Virus record (IMG/VR): IMGVR_UViG_2841231794_000007
Source: a virus
DNA: 64,000 nt
Strand: one strand, 5' to 3'
The first letter of the stretch is position 1. Each line of letters begins with the position of its first letter. The notes under the pieces are model-generated. The model searched no databases. It had not been told where the DNA came from and saw only the letters and a list, made by a program, of their open reading frames with translations. Below, piece after piece: positions 41,055-51,395 of this stretch. The position numbers were made by a program, and so were the translations under genes.

Positions 41055-42434
41055 TTATACTCCCAGCATATTTGTACCTCTGATCAACTCCAGCTCTTCA
41101 GCTACATCCTCCGGTTTCTCATCCTGCGGGACAAGGTTCGCCCCCTGCATGTACCGGATAAAATCTACAATCCGCATATTGCCGGACTGCACAGATGCCA
41201 GAAGTGCAGTAATTGCTGCCGAATCAAACTGCGCAATCTCGTATGTCTTATTGAGTTCAACAGAAGCTTCTCCAGTTCCGGCAAACTGAATACAGAAAGC
41301 CAGCGCACGATTAAAAGCCTGCTCAACATTACCGGCGCTCAACGATAAAACAGAGTTATCCGTCTGTGCTTCATCCAGTGCCTGTGTTGCTGTTCTCGCC
41401 GATGAACCTCGCTCAACCAGCTTTGCTCCCAGCATTGCCATCTGCTTTTCCCGGCGCTCTGCCACAATAATCTGCATGGTGCGTTCTTCCGGCTGTGCAA
41501 ACTTCATATCGCCACCCTGAGGCAACAACACTCCTTTGCGGGAACCGACTGTGAACCCGCCTGACATGTGGTTTTTCACCCAGTCATCTGTCAGGCCTGA
41601 CAGCGCAACCATCGGCTGACCGATAGTGTGTGCTGACTCTGCAATATCTGCCTCAATCTGGTAATGCTTTATATTCATATAAGCTATGTCAGCCAGTGGT
41701 GGCGCATCAGGAGTATGGTCATTGTTTTTTGACCCAATCCACGACCATGGCAACTCAGAAAGCGGCTTTCCCTGCGCATCAGTAAATTTTATCCACTCGC
41801 CAGAGCTGATTTCACTGTCCTTCTGCCACCGCCTTGAGTGTGCCAACCCGTCGATCAGACGTAACTCAATCCAGCGGTCCTGCATTTGCAGTTCAAAATC
41901 ATCAGACTCAACCGGTTCCTGATATTTCACAACAACTAGTGATGTTTTCCCGCCGGTGACCCGCCAGTTGATAATCTCCTTCGCCGTAAACAACCGGACG
42001 TATGGTCTGCCTTTGTCTGCCTCAGTCTGGATACCTGCCCCACTGAAATCACTGAGCAGTCCGGCACGGCCACGCTGCAATACCTGAGACAATGCATCGC
42101 GGATCATCTGAGTCAATGGTTGCCCCTGACCATCAATATCAGCTTCAAGACTCTTTGTTCCACCCGATATACTGATTTTTACCGGCTGACTGAATGCAAT
42201 ACCGAGTAATCCGCTTAATGTTCGTCCGGTTGCATTCAGAAACGAAGCACGGAGAAGATATTTTTTGTATCGCTCACCATCATCGTCATCCCGCTTTTTA
42301 TCTGCGGGGTGCGGCAGGTACTTTTCACCGCGGCTTTTCACTACGCGCTCACCGTCAACGCAGTCCCCGATCATATTCCATTCCGGTAAAAATTCGGTGT
42401 ATGCCGGATGTTTGTAATCCACGTTTGTATTCAT
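41055..42434 (-). CDS. Portal protein (DUF4055)
   Basis: KYLP...YLLRASFLNATGRTL; follows terminase. Confidence 0.88.
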   Translation of the reverse strand: MNTNVDYKHPAYTEFLPEWNMIGDCVDGERVVKSRGEKYLPHPADKKRDDDDGERYKKYLLRASFLNATGRTLSGLLGIAFSQPVKISISGGTKSLEADIDGQGQPLTQMIRDALSQVLQRGRAGLLSDFSGAGIQTEADKGRPYVRLFTAKEIINWRVTGGKTSLVVVKYQEPVESDDFELQMQDRWIELRLIDGLAHSRRWQKDSEISSGEWIKFTDAQGKPLSELPWSWIGSKNNDHTPDAPPLADIAYMNIKHYQIEADIAESAHTIGQPMVALSGLTDDWVKNHMSGGFTVGSRKGVLLPQGGDMKFAQPEERTMQIIVAERREKQMAMLGAKLVERGSSARTATQALDEAQTDNSVLSLSAGNVEQAFNRALAFCIQFAGTGEASVELNKTYEIAQFDSAAITALLASVQSGNMRIVDFIRYMQGANLVPQDEKPEDVAEELELIRGTNMLGV

Positions 42435-42435
42435 G

Positions 42436-43920
42436 TCAGTTCCAGTTGAATGTCAGAGACTTTGTCAGACGTTTGGCGTTGCGGCGACTGACCGCAAAAT
42501 AACGGAATCCGTCAGCATCGTGTGATGTGTAGTCGTGAAGTGGTTTATCTTTCCAGCACCCGCGTTTGTCATCCCATTCTTTCCGGTACGCCTCAAGGTG
42601 GGTAATGCCTTCGCCACACTTGTTCTCATCGAATACACAGAGCGGCAGGATTTCGCGCACTGCCTCAATACCCTCATCAACGGATAGCTTCGGCACCACC
42701 TCAAAGCGGATGGAGTAGGTTTGCCCGTCAATTTCGTACCCTTCCTGTGCCAGTTCCCGGCGTGATTTCGCGTCTGAACCGAACTCGCGGTTGTCGATAT
42801 CATGCGGCCCGTTGTGGCTGGCATATTCATAGCCTTTGTCTTTCAGTACTTTCATGTAGTGCCGCAGACCCTCACCGCTGTTTGAGTAGTGATCGATGAT
42901 GTGAAATTCTTCACCGACTTCACGCACAAACCAGATTGAAGTGGAGTCACCCACACCGATATCCCAGTACGTATGCACCGGCAGATGTGAGTTATCAGGG
43001 ATTTCGCCAATGCGTTTATTCTCGTACAGCCAGCGGAATTGCTTGGCGTAATACGCACCATCCACAGACTGCTGAAATGCTTCTGAAGATATTGACGGGT
43101 ATTCCCTCTTCATATCGTCGCCGAGTGTTTTTTCTTTGGCGTAGTACCAGGCTTTCTGCCGGTCGTTGAGCGTAATTCCGTACTTGCCGGATAGCTCAGC
43201 AAAATAATCAGACAGGCGTTGCGGAAGTTGCTCAACAGGGTCGATTGCGTACTGCGGATTCTTCCACCAGGAGAAGAAGAAAAACTTCCAGTCCAGCGGA
43301 GATAATAATTTGCCCTGCATCTGCGCTTTTTCAGCCAGTTGGCAATAATCGAAGAAATAACCAGCCCGACCCTCTGCCGTGCTTTCAATCGTAGTGAAAC
43401 ATTCCGTTGATACTGCCTCAAACGCACCTGTGACAATCTCACGGGCCTTTTCCGGCTGCCTGGCGCATATCTTTCCGAACTCCGATACATGCAGGTAACG
43501 CAGCGTGCCGCCACGAAACGATACCGACACGGTCACCGAGCCGCCTTTGCTGAATACCAGCTCACCGGCAGAGTCATTGCTCGCAGGATTGGCCGCTTTG
43601 ATTTCATCCGGAAGTCGCTCGTAGGCGTACTTTATCTTCTCCCTGAACAGGCGTTTTGCGTCCGGTAAGGTGTGCGCTATCAGTGCGCACTTAGCTGATT
43701 CAAATATGGCCGCGTCAAGCTGGATAATGCAGACCTCAGTCGTGAATCCAAGCTGACGGGCTTTCAGAATGATATTGCGGTTGTGGATGCCTTCGAAATA
43801 TTCTGTTTGCTCAGGCGTCATTTTGAAGCGAAACGGATGACCTTCTTTATCGGTGATCCAGTACAGATTATTCAGACGCCATTGCTTATTACGCAGTAAC
43901 GCTAAATGCTCTGGCTTCAT
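42436..43920 (-). CDS. Terminase large subunit
   Basis: ILKARQLGFT Walker A, HVSE Walker B, ESTAEG, WDIG, HDADGFRY. Confidence 0.93.
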   Translation of the reverse strand: MKPEHLALLRNKQWRLNNLYWITDKEGHPFRFKMTPEQTEYFEGIHNRNIILKARQLGFTTEVCIIQLDAAIFESAKCALIAHTLPDAKRLFREKIKYAYERLPDEIKAANPASNDSAGELVFSKGGSVTVSVSFRGGTLRYLHVSEFGKICARQPEKAREIVTGAFEAVSTECFTTIESTAEGRAGYFFDYCQLAEKAQMQGKLLSPLDWKFFFFSWWKNPQYAIDPVEQLPQRLSDYFAELSGKYGITLNDRQKAWYYAKEKTLGDDMKREYPSISSEAFQQSVDGAYYAKQFRWLYENKRIGEIPDNSHLPVHTYWDIGVGDSTSIWFVREVGEEFHIIDHYSNSGEGLRHYMKVLKDKGYEYASHNGPHDIDNREFGSDAKSRRELAQEGYEIDGQTYSIRFEVVPKLSVDEGIEAVREILPLCVFDENKCGEGITHLEAYRKEWDDKRGCWKDKPLHDYTSHDADGFRYFAVSRRNAKRLTKSLTFNWN

Positions 43921-43921
43921 G

Positions 43922-44449
43922 TTATTTACTCGATAGTTCGTCCATCAGGTCAGAGAGAGTGCCGACAACATCATGCTCGCTTTTAACCTGCTCTCGGAAT
44001 GCCTGGACAGATATGTGCTTACCGAGCAATTCAAGGTTCTTCACCTTGTCAGGCCATTTGATTTTTTTTAGGATGCCGACCATTTCCCGATCTTCACCGC
44101 GGCCCTCAAACATATCCGCAAGGTCGAAGCCGCTCAGGTAGCGCCGCCATGATGCAGGCCAGTCAGAAACCGGCCTTATACTCATGTCATCGGTCATAAT
44201 GTCGAGAACATCCATCTGGTCTATTTCAACCAGGCGCCTCAGCACATATTCAGCATCAACCTTAAGTTGCTCACTGCGGCTGCGCATCAGTTCCTGAATC
44301 CGTTTTTCGATGTCAGGTTTTGTCAGGTTTTCATTCCCGACACTTCGCGCAGTTTTATCACTGTACCCCGCACGAATAGCCGCCTGTGTAGCGTTCAAAT
44401 CTACGAGGTACTCACGACAAAACATTTCCTGTTTATCTGTGAGTGCCAT
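43922..44449 (-). CDS. Terminase small subunit
   Basis: [28 protein letters not shown]. Confidence 0.93.
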   Translation of the reverse strand: MALTDKQEMFCREYLVDLNATQAAIRAGYSDKTARSVGNENLTKPDIEKRIQELMRSRSEQLKVDAEYVLRRLVEIDQMDVLDIMTDDMSIRPVSDWPASWRRYLSGFDLADMFEGRGEDREMVGILKKIKWPDKVKNLELLGKHISVQAFREQVKSEHDVVGTLSDLMDELSSK

Positions 44450-44451
44450 AA

Positions 44452-44655
44452 TTATTCCTTGCTCTTTTCCTCAACCACCGGAATGTATCTGATGTCGCTG
44501 ATTTCATCCGGTGCGGTATATGTCCATGAGCCATCCAGACCAGAAATACCAATCAGTCCGTTAGTAATGCGGGGCTCTTTCGTTGTCGTCAGTCCGTGAT
44601 ATGTCGTACCGTCCTTTTTGGTTGCTGTGGCTTCGTATTTTTCAGTCATGTCCAC
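44452..44655 (-). CDS. Phage hypothetical protein
   Basis: ORF upstream of terS. Confidence 0.55.
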   Translation of the reverse strand: MDMTEKYEATATKKDGTTYHGLTTTKEPRITNGLIGISGLDGSWTYTAPDEISDIRYIPVVEEKSKE

Positions 44656-44917
44656 CTCAGTTGATTGATGTTCACCATTTCTTCCACCACGGCAGGTGTC
44701 GCCGCATATGAGGGTGTCTTTATCCCGGTGTTACCGATTATTCTGGATGTCCACACGCCCGCTGTGAGGAGTGGCACTGGTCATGGCTAATGTGGCAGAG
44801 GAGATTGGCAGCTCGCAGGTAATAAAAAACCCGCCGGAGCGGGTTGTTGTGTTTTATTTGCTGAAATATTTAATATTCAGTCCATTCAGTATCCCGGGAA
44901 TAAACCGGAATATAATC

Positions 44918-45436
44918 TTATTGAAATATAAGTATTCTTTCTCTGTCAAAACCATGTTCACCAGCAAAGCTGAGATACTCATTTAACAGCTCTGGCGGCA
45001 TAGCTGGCGTACGTGATAACACCCACAGGTAATCTTTATCGGGGCCAACAACCAATGAGTACTGATAGTTATCATCAAGCTTAATAATATTGTAACCTCC
45101 ATAGAAAGGTCCGAAGAAAGATACCTTTAACGCGCCTGTATCGGCTGAGTTAACAAAATAGGCCTTTCCGGTACTCTCTTTCCATTTATTGTTACTCGCA
45201 TCCCAGCCCCTGTTGATAACCTTCACACCACCATCATCACGAAGAGAATAGTTAGCTGTAACTTTGCTTAAGCCTTTTTCAAAACGATTATCTATCCTGG
45301 CAATTTCATACCAGTCACCTAAGTAATGAGATAAATCAAAAGGTTTAACCGGGGTTATATCTTTGGGCACTTTGACACTGCATCCATTAAGCAGAAACAT
45401 ACCCAAAAACATAAAAACTGACTTTATCTGCATCAT
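44918..45436 (-). CDS. blc: Outer-membrane lipocalin Blc
   Basis: Lipobox LNGC; YLGDWYEIAR; LKVSFFGPFYGGY; LWVLSRTP. Confidence 0.93.
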   Translation of the reverse strand: MMQIKSVFMFLGMFLLNGCSVKVPKDITPVKPFDLSHYLGDWYEIARIDNRFEKGLSKVTANYSLRDDGGVKVINRGWDASNNKWKESTGKAYFVNSADTGALKVSFFGPFYGGYNIIKLDDNYQYSLVVGPDKDYLWVLSRTPAMPPELLNEYLSFAGEHGFDRERILIFQ

Positions 45437-45815
45437 AACCTCATCAAGTTATTAACCAATGAGATACTTTCGCATAAAAAATGTGTTTGTACGATCTATT
45501 CACTGTTCCACAGTAGCCATTACTGTCATCTCAATATCGGTGATACATCAGAGGAACAGCAGGAAATTTCCGGCAGATAAAACAATGCCTTTCCCGCCTG
45601 ATATTACAGTGTCAACCATGGCACTGCGATATACCCTGTTTTTATGCAGTTATATTTTTCGTACAGACTGAAACACCGGGTAATATCTTTATACAAACTA
45701 AAACCAGCTCACAATATGTTAAGCTGACTTTATGGTGTATTCTCACGTTTCAATAAGAATGATATTCATTATTTTTTAGTAATGAATAACATTTATGATT
45801 ATATTTTTGGCGTAA

Positions 45816-46088
45816 TTAGATTGCTAAAGGCTCCATATATACAAAGGAGCTTTTTACTGATTCTGTATAATCATTCTGAGTTTCAGGAAACAGATATTCA
45901 TAAGACACATGAAATATATTTATTATCTTAAATACAACACTGACATCTATTTTATTAACACCTCGTTCATACCTTGACAACTGTTGCTGTGATACTCCCA
46001 GCATTCTGGCTAACATCTTTGTAGTCAAGCCATTACGGTGTCTTAAATCGCGGATGTTCTGGCCTACAATAAAATTAATATCTTTCAT
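45816..46088 (-). CDS. XRE-family HTH regulator, MrpJ-like
   Basis: SQQQLSRYERG matches the MrpJ-family motif SQQQFSRYE. Confidence 0.8.
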   Translation of the reverse strand: MKDINFIVGQNIRDLRHRNGLTTKMLARMLGVSQQQLSRYERGVNKIDVSVVFKIINIFHVSYEYLFPETQNDYTESVKSSFVYMEPLAI

Positions 46089-46393
46089 TCTGAACCTCCT
46101 AATAAACATATATTAAGAGTAAAGCATAATATGCTGACTGACAAACCAAGTCATCAACAAAAAATAGACTATTCGGAATGATTACCCAACAAAGGAAGAT
46201 ATCTCGAGTAAAAAAACCCGAAACTATAATTTAATGACTATCAAAAAGATTAATTAACCTCATTAACCTTAATTATAAACCTCACACCAAGTAATTATAC
46301 TTGTTTATGTTTCGTTTAACTTTTAGCAGGTATATTCGATTACAGGAGTCGTAAGTATCCCTTCTATTAATCATTTGCCCGGCAATTGCCGGG

Positions 46394-46690
46394 CTATTTT
46401 TTTATCCTCCCCGCTTCAATCTCCCGTATTGCCCTCTTATCGTGATTACAGTTAGCAATATATTTCATGGCATCAGCCAGCAGCTCAACTGCACCACCGA
46501 ACGTCAGATCATCCGGTATATCTACCTGCTCACAATCAGCGGTCAGTTGTGGCGGAATCGGTATCACCGGTGCGGGTATTAATTCCGGTCGCGTATCTAC
46601 GCAACTCACTGACAGCATCAGCGGGAACAGGAGTAACAGCGCATTCACTGCCCTTAAATACTGTTTTGATAACTGTCTTAACTTTGACAT
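46394..46690 (-). CDS. o-spanin (Rz1-like lipoprotein)
   Basis: Lipobox SVSC; overlaps Rz. Confidence 0.78.
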   Translation of the reverse strand: MSKLRQLSKQYLRAVNALLLLFPLMLSVSCVDTRPELIPAPVIPIPPQLTADCEQVDIPDDLTFGGAVELLADAMKYIANCNHDKRAIREIEAGRIKK

Positions 46691-46913
46691 GCTCTGTACC
46701 CTCGGTCTGTTTGGCTTTGATGTTGTCGAGTGATACGCGGTGATTGGTGACGATGGCTGAAAGCGTGGTGGTGTTTATCACCTGCTGGGCTGACAGTTGT
46801 CCGGACAACCTTGTGTTATTCACCTTCAGTTGCTGGTTATCCCGGTAAATGTCATATACCCACCAGACAGCAGCAATAAACAGCGCGGCAATTACCGCTT
46901 CTTTCCGGTTCAT
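46536..46913 (-). CDS. i-spanin (Rz-like)
   Basis: N-terminal TM plus coiled coil. Confidence 0.78.
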   Translation of the reverse strand: MNRKEAVIAALFIAAVWWVYDIYRDNQQLKVNNTRLSGQLSAQQVINTTTLSAIVTNHRVSLDNIKAKQTEGTEHVKVKTVIKTVFKGSECAVTPVPADAVSELRRYATGINTRTGDTDSATTDR

Positions 46914-47068
46914 AACGCTTCACACTTATAATGGATCACACCACCCAGCGGGTTACCCGGCAGAGGCTTACAGTGATTCGGGAGTGAATACAGATAACAA
47001 CCCGCCAACAGAGCAGTAGTCAGCAGGATGATAGCAATGATGATCAACGTTAAGGGGTTCCGTGGCAT
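46910..47068 (-). CDS. 52-aa putative lipoprotein/membrane protein in lysis cassette
   Basis: MPRNPLTLIIIAIILLTTALLLAGCYLYSLPNHCKPLPGNPLGGVIHYKCEAL. Confidence 0.6.
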   Translation of the reverse strand: MPRNPLTLIIIAIILLTTALLAGCYLYSLPNHCKPLPGNPLGGVIHYKCEAL

Positions 47069-47526
47069 ACCGCGTTCTCCGTATCCCGCCGGTTAATCAG
47101 ACCCTGCCACCGCTTACCACCGGAAAATGTCCAGCGCTTCATTTCGTCACACGCACCGGCGATATCACCGGCGTTGAGTTTGCGCAGCATAGTGGAGTGC
47201 GAGAACGCGCCGGGGCCGACGTTGTAGACAAATGAATAGATGGCCGCCCGGGCATTGTCATCAATCGGCACTTTGATCATAGGATCAACCGCGCGCCGGA
47301 CTTTCGTCAGGTCGTCATGCAACAGTGCCTTGCATTCAGCGTCCGTGTACAGCTTGCCGGGCTGAATATCACTGCCGGTATGGCCATAACATACGGTGAG
47401 CACTCCGGCCACATCACGATAAGGCATATACTCAACACCTTCATATACGGGGATCAGCACCAGCGCACCGGCAATTGCCCCGGCAGTACAAGCAGCCATT
47501 ACCTTTTTAACCAATCGCTTATTCAT
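47050..47526 (-). CDS. SAR endolysin (GH24 lysozyme, phage 21 R-like)
   Basis: Ala/Gly-rich N-terminal SAR; E-X8-D-X5-T triad ([16 protein letters not shown]). Confidence 0.93.
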   Translation of the reverse strand: MNKRLVKKVMAACTAGAIAGALVLIPVYEGVEYMPYRDVAGVLTVCYGHTGSDIQPGKLYTDAECKALLHDDLTKVRRAVDPMIKVPIDDNARAAIYSFVYNVGPGAFSHSTMLRKLNAGDIAGACDEMKRWTFSGGKRWQGLINRRDTENAVCHGTP

Positions 47527-47710
47527 GATGTTCTCCGGCTTTCAGCTGAAATTCCTTTCGTTTGTAATACCAGTTAACCAGGAACGTACCGACGGTACAG
47601 ATGATCCCGGCAACAATAGCCCACTGATCCAGAGATAAAATGCCAAAGGCAGAGGTTATAAGCCCCCAGGCGTATGCTGTAGGGCTGGAATATTTGTCGG
47701 ACATGCGCAT
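47519..47710 (-). CDS. Pinholin-type holin with dual-start motif
   Basis: MRMSDKYSS...SLDQWAIV...NWYYKRKE. Confidence 0.85.
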   Translation of the reverse strand: MRMSDKYSSPTAYAWGLITSAFGILSLDQWAIVAGIICTVGTFLVNWYYKRKEFQLKAGEHHE

Positions 47711-48190
47711 ATCCACCCCTTGCGGAGTGTTCCGTATGTTGAGTGATAGGGAAATCCCGCAACCGGGTTATATGATTTAAACAGGTTAAAGTGAGGTGGC
47801 TGCGGCATTATTCGGAATCCCACCAGCGGCGGGAAATCAATAAGAAGAGCACTGTGACCGAATACGGATTAGGTAATGAGCCTGTCGTATTCCTGTGCTC
47901 TTATTATTGCCATGAATAAAAAACCGCGTACAACTCTTATGTTAAGTGATAATAAGGTAATTGATGCTGTGGCAATATAAACGAAAAAGGCCGCAAAAGG
48001 CGACCTTTGGAATTTAAATAAATATTATACAACCTTTCTTAATCTATATGACGCACTACAATTGTAAACAATACATCTTAGTTATGTTGTTGGTATACAC
48101 TTATACTTTCCCGGTTGCTGTTTGCGGTTTTTTTGTACACAACTAATGCTCTATCCGGTGATTCAACAGAATTGAATATGTGAGCTATCA

Positions 48191-48397
48191 TTATGGTTTT
48201 TTATCATCCTGACTCAGGCATAGCGAACATAAAACAACAGGCCCTTTTGCTATAACAACAGCCTGTTGAATAGCTGCATGCTCTCCCCAGAAATATCCGA
48301 CATACGCTGTACTTTTAGCCTGCTGTAACTTTTGACATGTAATTTTATGTAAAACAAAACTACTATCACTCTCAGTCAACGTTAAATAATAATCCAT
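48191..48397 (-). CDS. Hypothetical protein
   Basis: ORF with HKITC and CSLC motifs. Confidence 0.5.
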   Translation of the reverse strand: MDYYLTLTESDSSFVLHKITCQKLQQAKSTAYVGYFWGEHAAIQQAVVIAKGPVVLCSLCLSQDDKKP

Positions 48398-48566
48398 ATA
48401 CCCCGCCTGTTATTCTTTATACTTATAAAAACAGGAATAACATATTAACAGGGATTTTAAAAATTAAAAAATCTACTGATTCCCTGTCATAAGAATCCAG
48501 CCAGACAACTGATCCTGCCACACCATGGATCTGGTACATCTTTTTTTAAACAAAAAAAACACAATA

Positions 48567-48710
48567 TTATGCATTACAGTCCTCTTGTTTATTCAATTCA
48601 GCAAGCGCTAATTCTCTCATCCAATCTGAAAGCAGTGGTTTAGTTTTTACCGCATCCATGAGCGCTCTCTCTTTTTTGGTCAGGCGAACAACAATTACTT
48701 CTGTTTTCAT
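48567..48710 (-). CDS. 47-aa ribbon-helix-helix protein (MobC/MbeC-like N-terminus)
   Basis: Manual translation MKTEVIVVRLTKKERALMDAVKTKPLLSDWMRELALAELNKQEDCNA. Confidence 0.5.
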   Translation of the reverse strand: MKTEVIVVRLTKKERALMDAVKTKPLLSDWMRELALAELNKQEDCNA

Positions 48711-49324
48711 ATTAGGCACAATAATTTCCCTCTGTTAAGAAATAATATTGGCACAAAATAAAAACAGAGATGTCGACTTTACACGTATTTACATAATAAA
48801 AAGCCCCACCATAACTGATGAGGCTGAAAAGACTCTGGTGGAGCACCTAGTCTCCCCGTCTTCATCTTTTACTCTTTAAGTATAGCAGATAAAATCAATA
48901 CGCCCCCCAAAAAACAAGATAATCAAATTTTAATTTAAAAATATAATGGCCGTTTTATGGATGGTGATGTTTTGTATCAATTTATTCCTGACATTTACAT
49001 AACACAAGTAATCTGTGGATAGTTTTACACATACTTCAAATGTGATTTATGCAAAGTAAACAACCATCAACACAATGGCTAACACCAGCAAAGCAGAAAC
49101 TGATAACCATTGAAATAAACGGAACACTGTATCAAATTGAAACGGGTTAAACATAGATACTCCTCTGGAACATAGTCCCGTGAGTGCCGCTCATTTCTCT
49201 GATTCACCGGTAAAGAAGATAACCTTACGGTTGTAAAGTCAGCTCCCAGACTGAGCCAACGGCACGGTATTGACAACACTACTATACCACATCGTCTTGG
49301 CACGGATTTTTTATTTACCTGATA

Positions 49325-49759
49325 TTACTCAGCTTCGCAGTTTACCTTTTTTCTTTTAAGAATTGGTTTTTCTGTATTAGCTACATAAAGAGCAAATACT
49401 AATATCAGAATTGTAATTGAATACACGATTAATAATGATGGTTGTTTATGTTCGACTACTACCAGCCTGATAACCGCTGTTATTGCTATATATAAAAAAT
49501 AATGCAGCGGAAAATGATAGTTTGATTGAAAGTACTTTATTATTAATGCAATAAATTCAAAATATAAAAAATATATAATTATCCCATCAACTAATGAATA
49601 CAGCGACACCGGGTCATTTTTTTTAAATAACAAAGCAGCAAGGATAATTGTTTCTTTTATCAAAAAAACAATCAATATAATTGCCAAAAGTAACAGTGCC
49701 GCACTGCTGATCCACTGAAGCAACCGACTTATTAACTTTGATTGGCTCAACCCTGACAT
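49325..49759 (-). CDS. psiE: Phosphate-starvation-inducible membrane protein PsiE
   Basis: [15 protein letters not shown]...HFPL.YF.YI.ITA.IR. Confidence 0.9.
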   Translation of the reverse strand: MSGLSQSKLISRLLQWISSAALLLLAIILIVFLIKETIILAALLFKKNDPVSLYSLVDGIIIYFLYFEFIALIIKYFQSNYHFPLHYFLYIAITAVIRLVVVEHKQPSLLIVYSITILILVFALYVANTEKPILKRKKVNCEAE

Positions 49760-50027
49760 GATGGCTCCTGAGGTTTCCCTCTTCAATATCACATCTATTT
49801 TTTATAGAATACAAAAATAAAGAACCGAAGGTACGGAACTTGCTAAACGTCAGCTGATATGAAATGTGTTTATACAGTTTACCACATTCTATTTCTTTAA
49901 CTGTCTTACTTACACGTGATTACAATAAATAATCAACTTCATCAACATGAGTATAAAAACCCGCAATACGAAGTTTTTGTTTATAAGCAATGTGATACAG
50001 AGATCATTCAATGACAATCTTTGTAAC

Positions 50028-50957
50028 TTATTTGTACAGAGAATTTTCTCCCGGAGGTCTGGTCTTAAACCTTCTGTGTGCCCACAAGTATTGGTCCGGA
50101 GCATGCATGATTTCTGCCTCAATAATCTGATTTAGTTTCTCAGCATCTGCCAGGTCATCTCCACACGGAAAATCAGCAATTTCTTTACCAATTATTAATT
50201 CATAAGGCCTCTTACCACTTTCATTATTTCTTATCATCGTTGCAGTAAGTATCGGTGACTTCGATAATTTGGCTATAGCTGCCACTCCTTTTGATGTAGA
50301 AGCATTAGCTACCGAAAAAAAAGGGGCGAAGATAGTACCTTTAGTTCCAAAGTCCTGATCCGGAGCAAACCAAATAGCCTGCCCGCGTTTTAGTTCCGAT
50401 ACCATAAACTTCAGATTCTTACGGTCGATCATCCCGCTTCCGGAGCGGCTTCGGCATCTTGTTTGTATATACTCCATTGCTTTATTGTTGTGGGGACGAT
50501 ACATAGCATTTACAGAAAAACACAGCCCCATAACTCTGCCCCCAAGTTCCAGCGACATGGAATGAATACCAATAATTAAAACACCATTATTTTTGTCATA
50601 TACATCATTAAAGTTATCACAACCCGTTACTCTAAATATTTCATTAATTTTTTTGTCATTCCAGAACCAGGCAATACCGGTTTCAAATAATGCAATCCCT
50701 AAAGATGACAGGTTGCTTGCAACCATACTCTCTATCTGGATTTTATTTCTGTCAGGAAAACATAATTCTAAATTTTTTTTAATTATGGATACCCGCCTTT
50801 TCAGGAACAAACCAGAAAAACGACCTAACTTATCGCCTAAAAACACAAGCCATGGATAAGGCATCTGAACCAAACAGAAAAGCAACAGGATACCAATCCA
50901 GGTTAAAATGTACCTTGGGTGAAGAAGCCTGATAGAAAATTTATTCAGAGAATACAT
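50028..50957 (-). CDS. lpxP: Kdo2-lipid IVA palmitoleoyltransferase LpxP
   Basis: HPRY, MSLELGGRVMGLC, YRPHNN, PDQD, QYLWAHRRFKTRP. Confidence 0.9.
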   Translation of the reverse strand: MYSLNKFSIRLLHPRYILTWIGILLLFCLVQMPYPWLVFLGDKLGRFSGLFLKRRVSIIKKNLELCFPDRNKIQIESMVASNLSSLGIALFETGIAWFWNDKKINEIFRVTGCDNFNDVYDKNNGVLIIGIHSMSLELGGRVMGLCFSVNAMYRPHNNKAMEYIQTRCRSRSGSGMIDRKNLKFMVSELKRGQAIWFAPDQDFGTKGTIFAPFFSVANASTSKGVAAIAKLSKSPILTATMIRNNESGKRPYELIIGKEIADFPCGDDLADAEKLNQIIEAEIMHAPDQYLWAHRRFKTRPPGENSLYK

Positions 50958-50992
50958 TTTTTCCTGATAAGTAATAATTACTGCATAATAAA

Positions 50993-51018
50993 AAGGCCTG
51001 ATAATATTATCAGGCCTT
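50993..51018 (-). terminator. Perfect 26-bp palindrome / terminator between csp and lpxP (copy at 7593-7618)
   Basis: AAGGCCTGATAATATTATCAGGCCTT followed by a T-run on the minus strand. Confidence 0.65.
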
Positions 51019-51182
51019 GTAATTTAGTTTTTCTATTGCCTGGACAACAGCATCACCGTTTTACAAAAAATGCATTTTGCACCATGCGGATTTGATGCAG
51101 AAACATCAAAGTGCGAAGTCCGGTATTGTGTTCCACTGCAACAGGGGCACTGAAAAAACAGTGCTATTATCATTGGTGCGCC

Positions 51183-51395
51183 TTAGAGACCCACCACATT
51201 TGATGCAGACGGACCTTTTGCCCCGTCTTCAATATTGAAGGTAACATTCTGACCTTCAAATAATGTTTTGAAGCTGTCACTCTGAATCGCAGAGAAGTGA
51301 ACAAACACATCTTTGCTACCATCTGCCGGAGAGATGAAGCCAAAACCTTTCGATTCGTTAAACCATTTTACTGAACCAGTCATTGTATTAGACAT
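51183..51395 (-). CDS. Cold-shock protein, CspA family
   Basis: RNP1/RNP2 motifs; 70 aa. Confidence 0.95.
   Translation of the reverse strand: MSNTMTGSVKWFNESKGFGFISPADGSKDVFVHFSAIQSDSFKTLFEGQNVTFNIEDGAKGPSASNVVGL

Noticed and set aside
49030..49315. Structured ncRNA downstream of psiE
   Set aside because: A few small hairpins but no convincing promoter-terminator pair or family match
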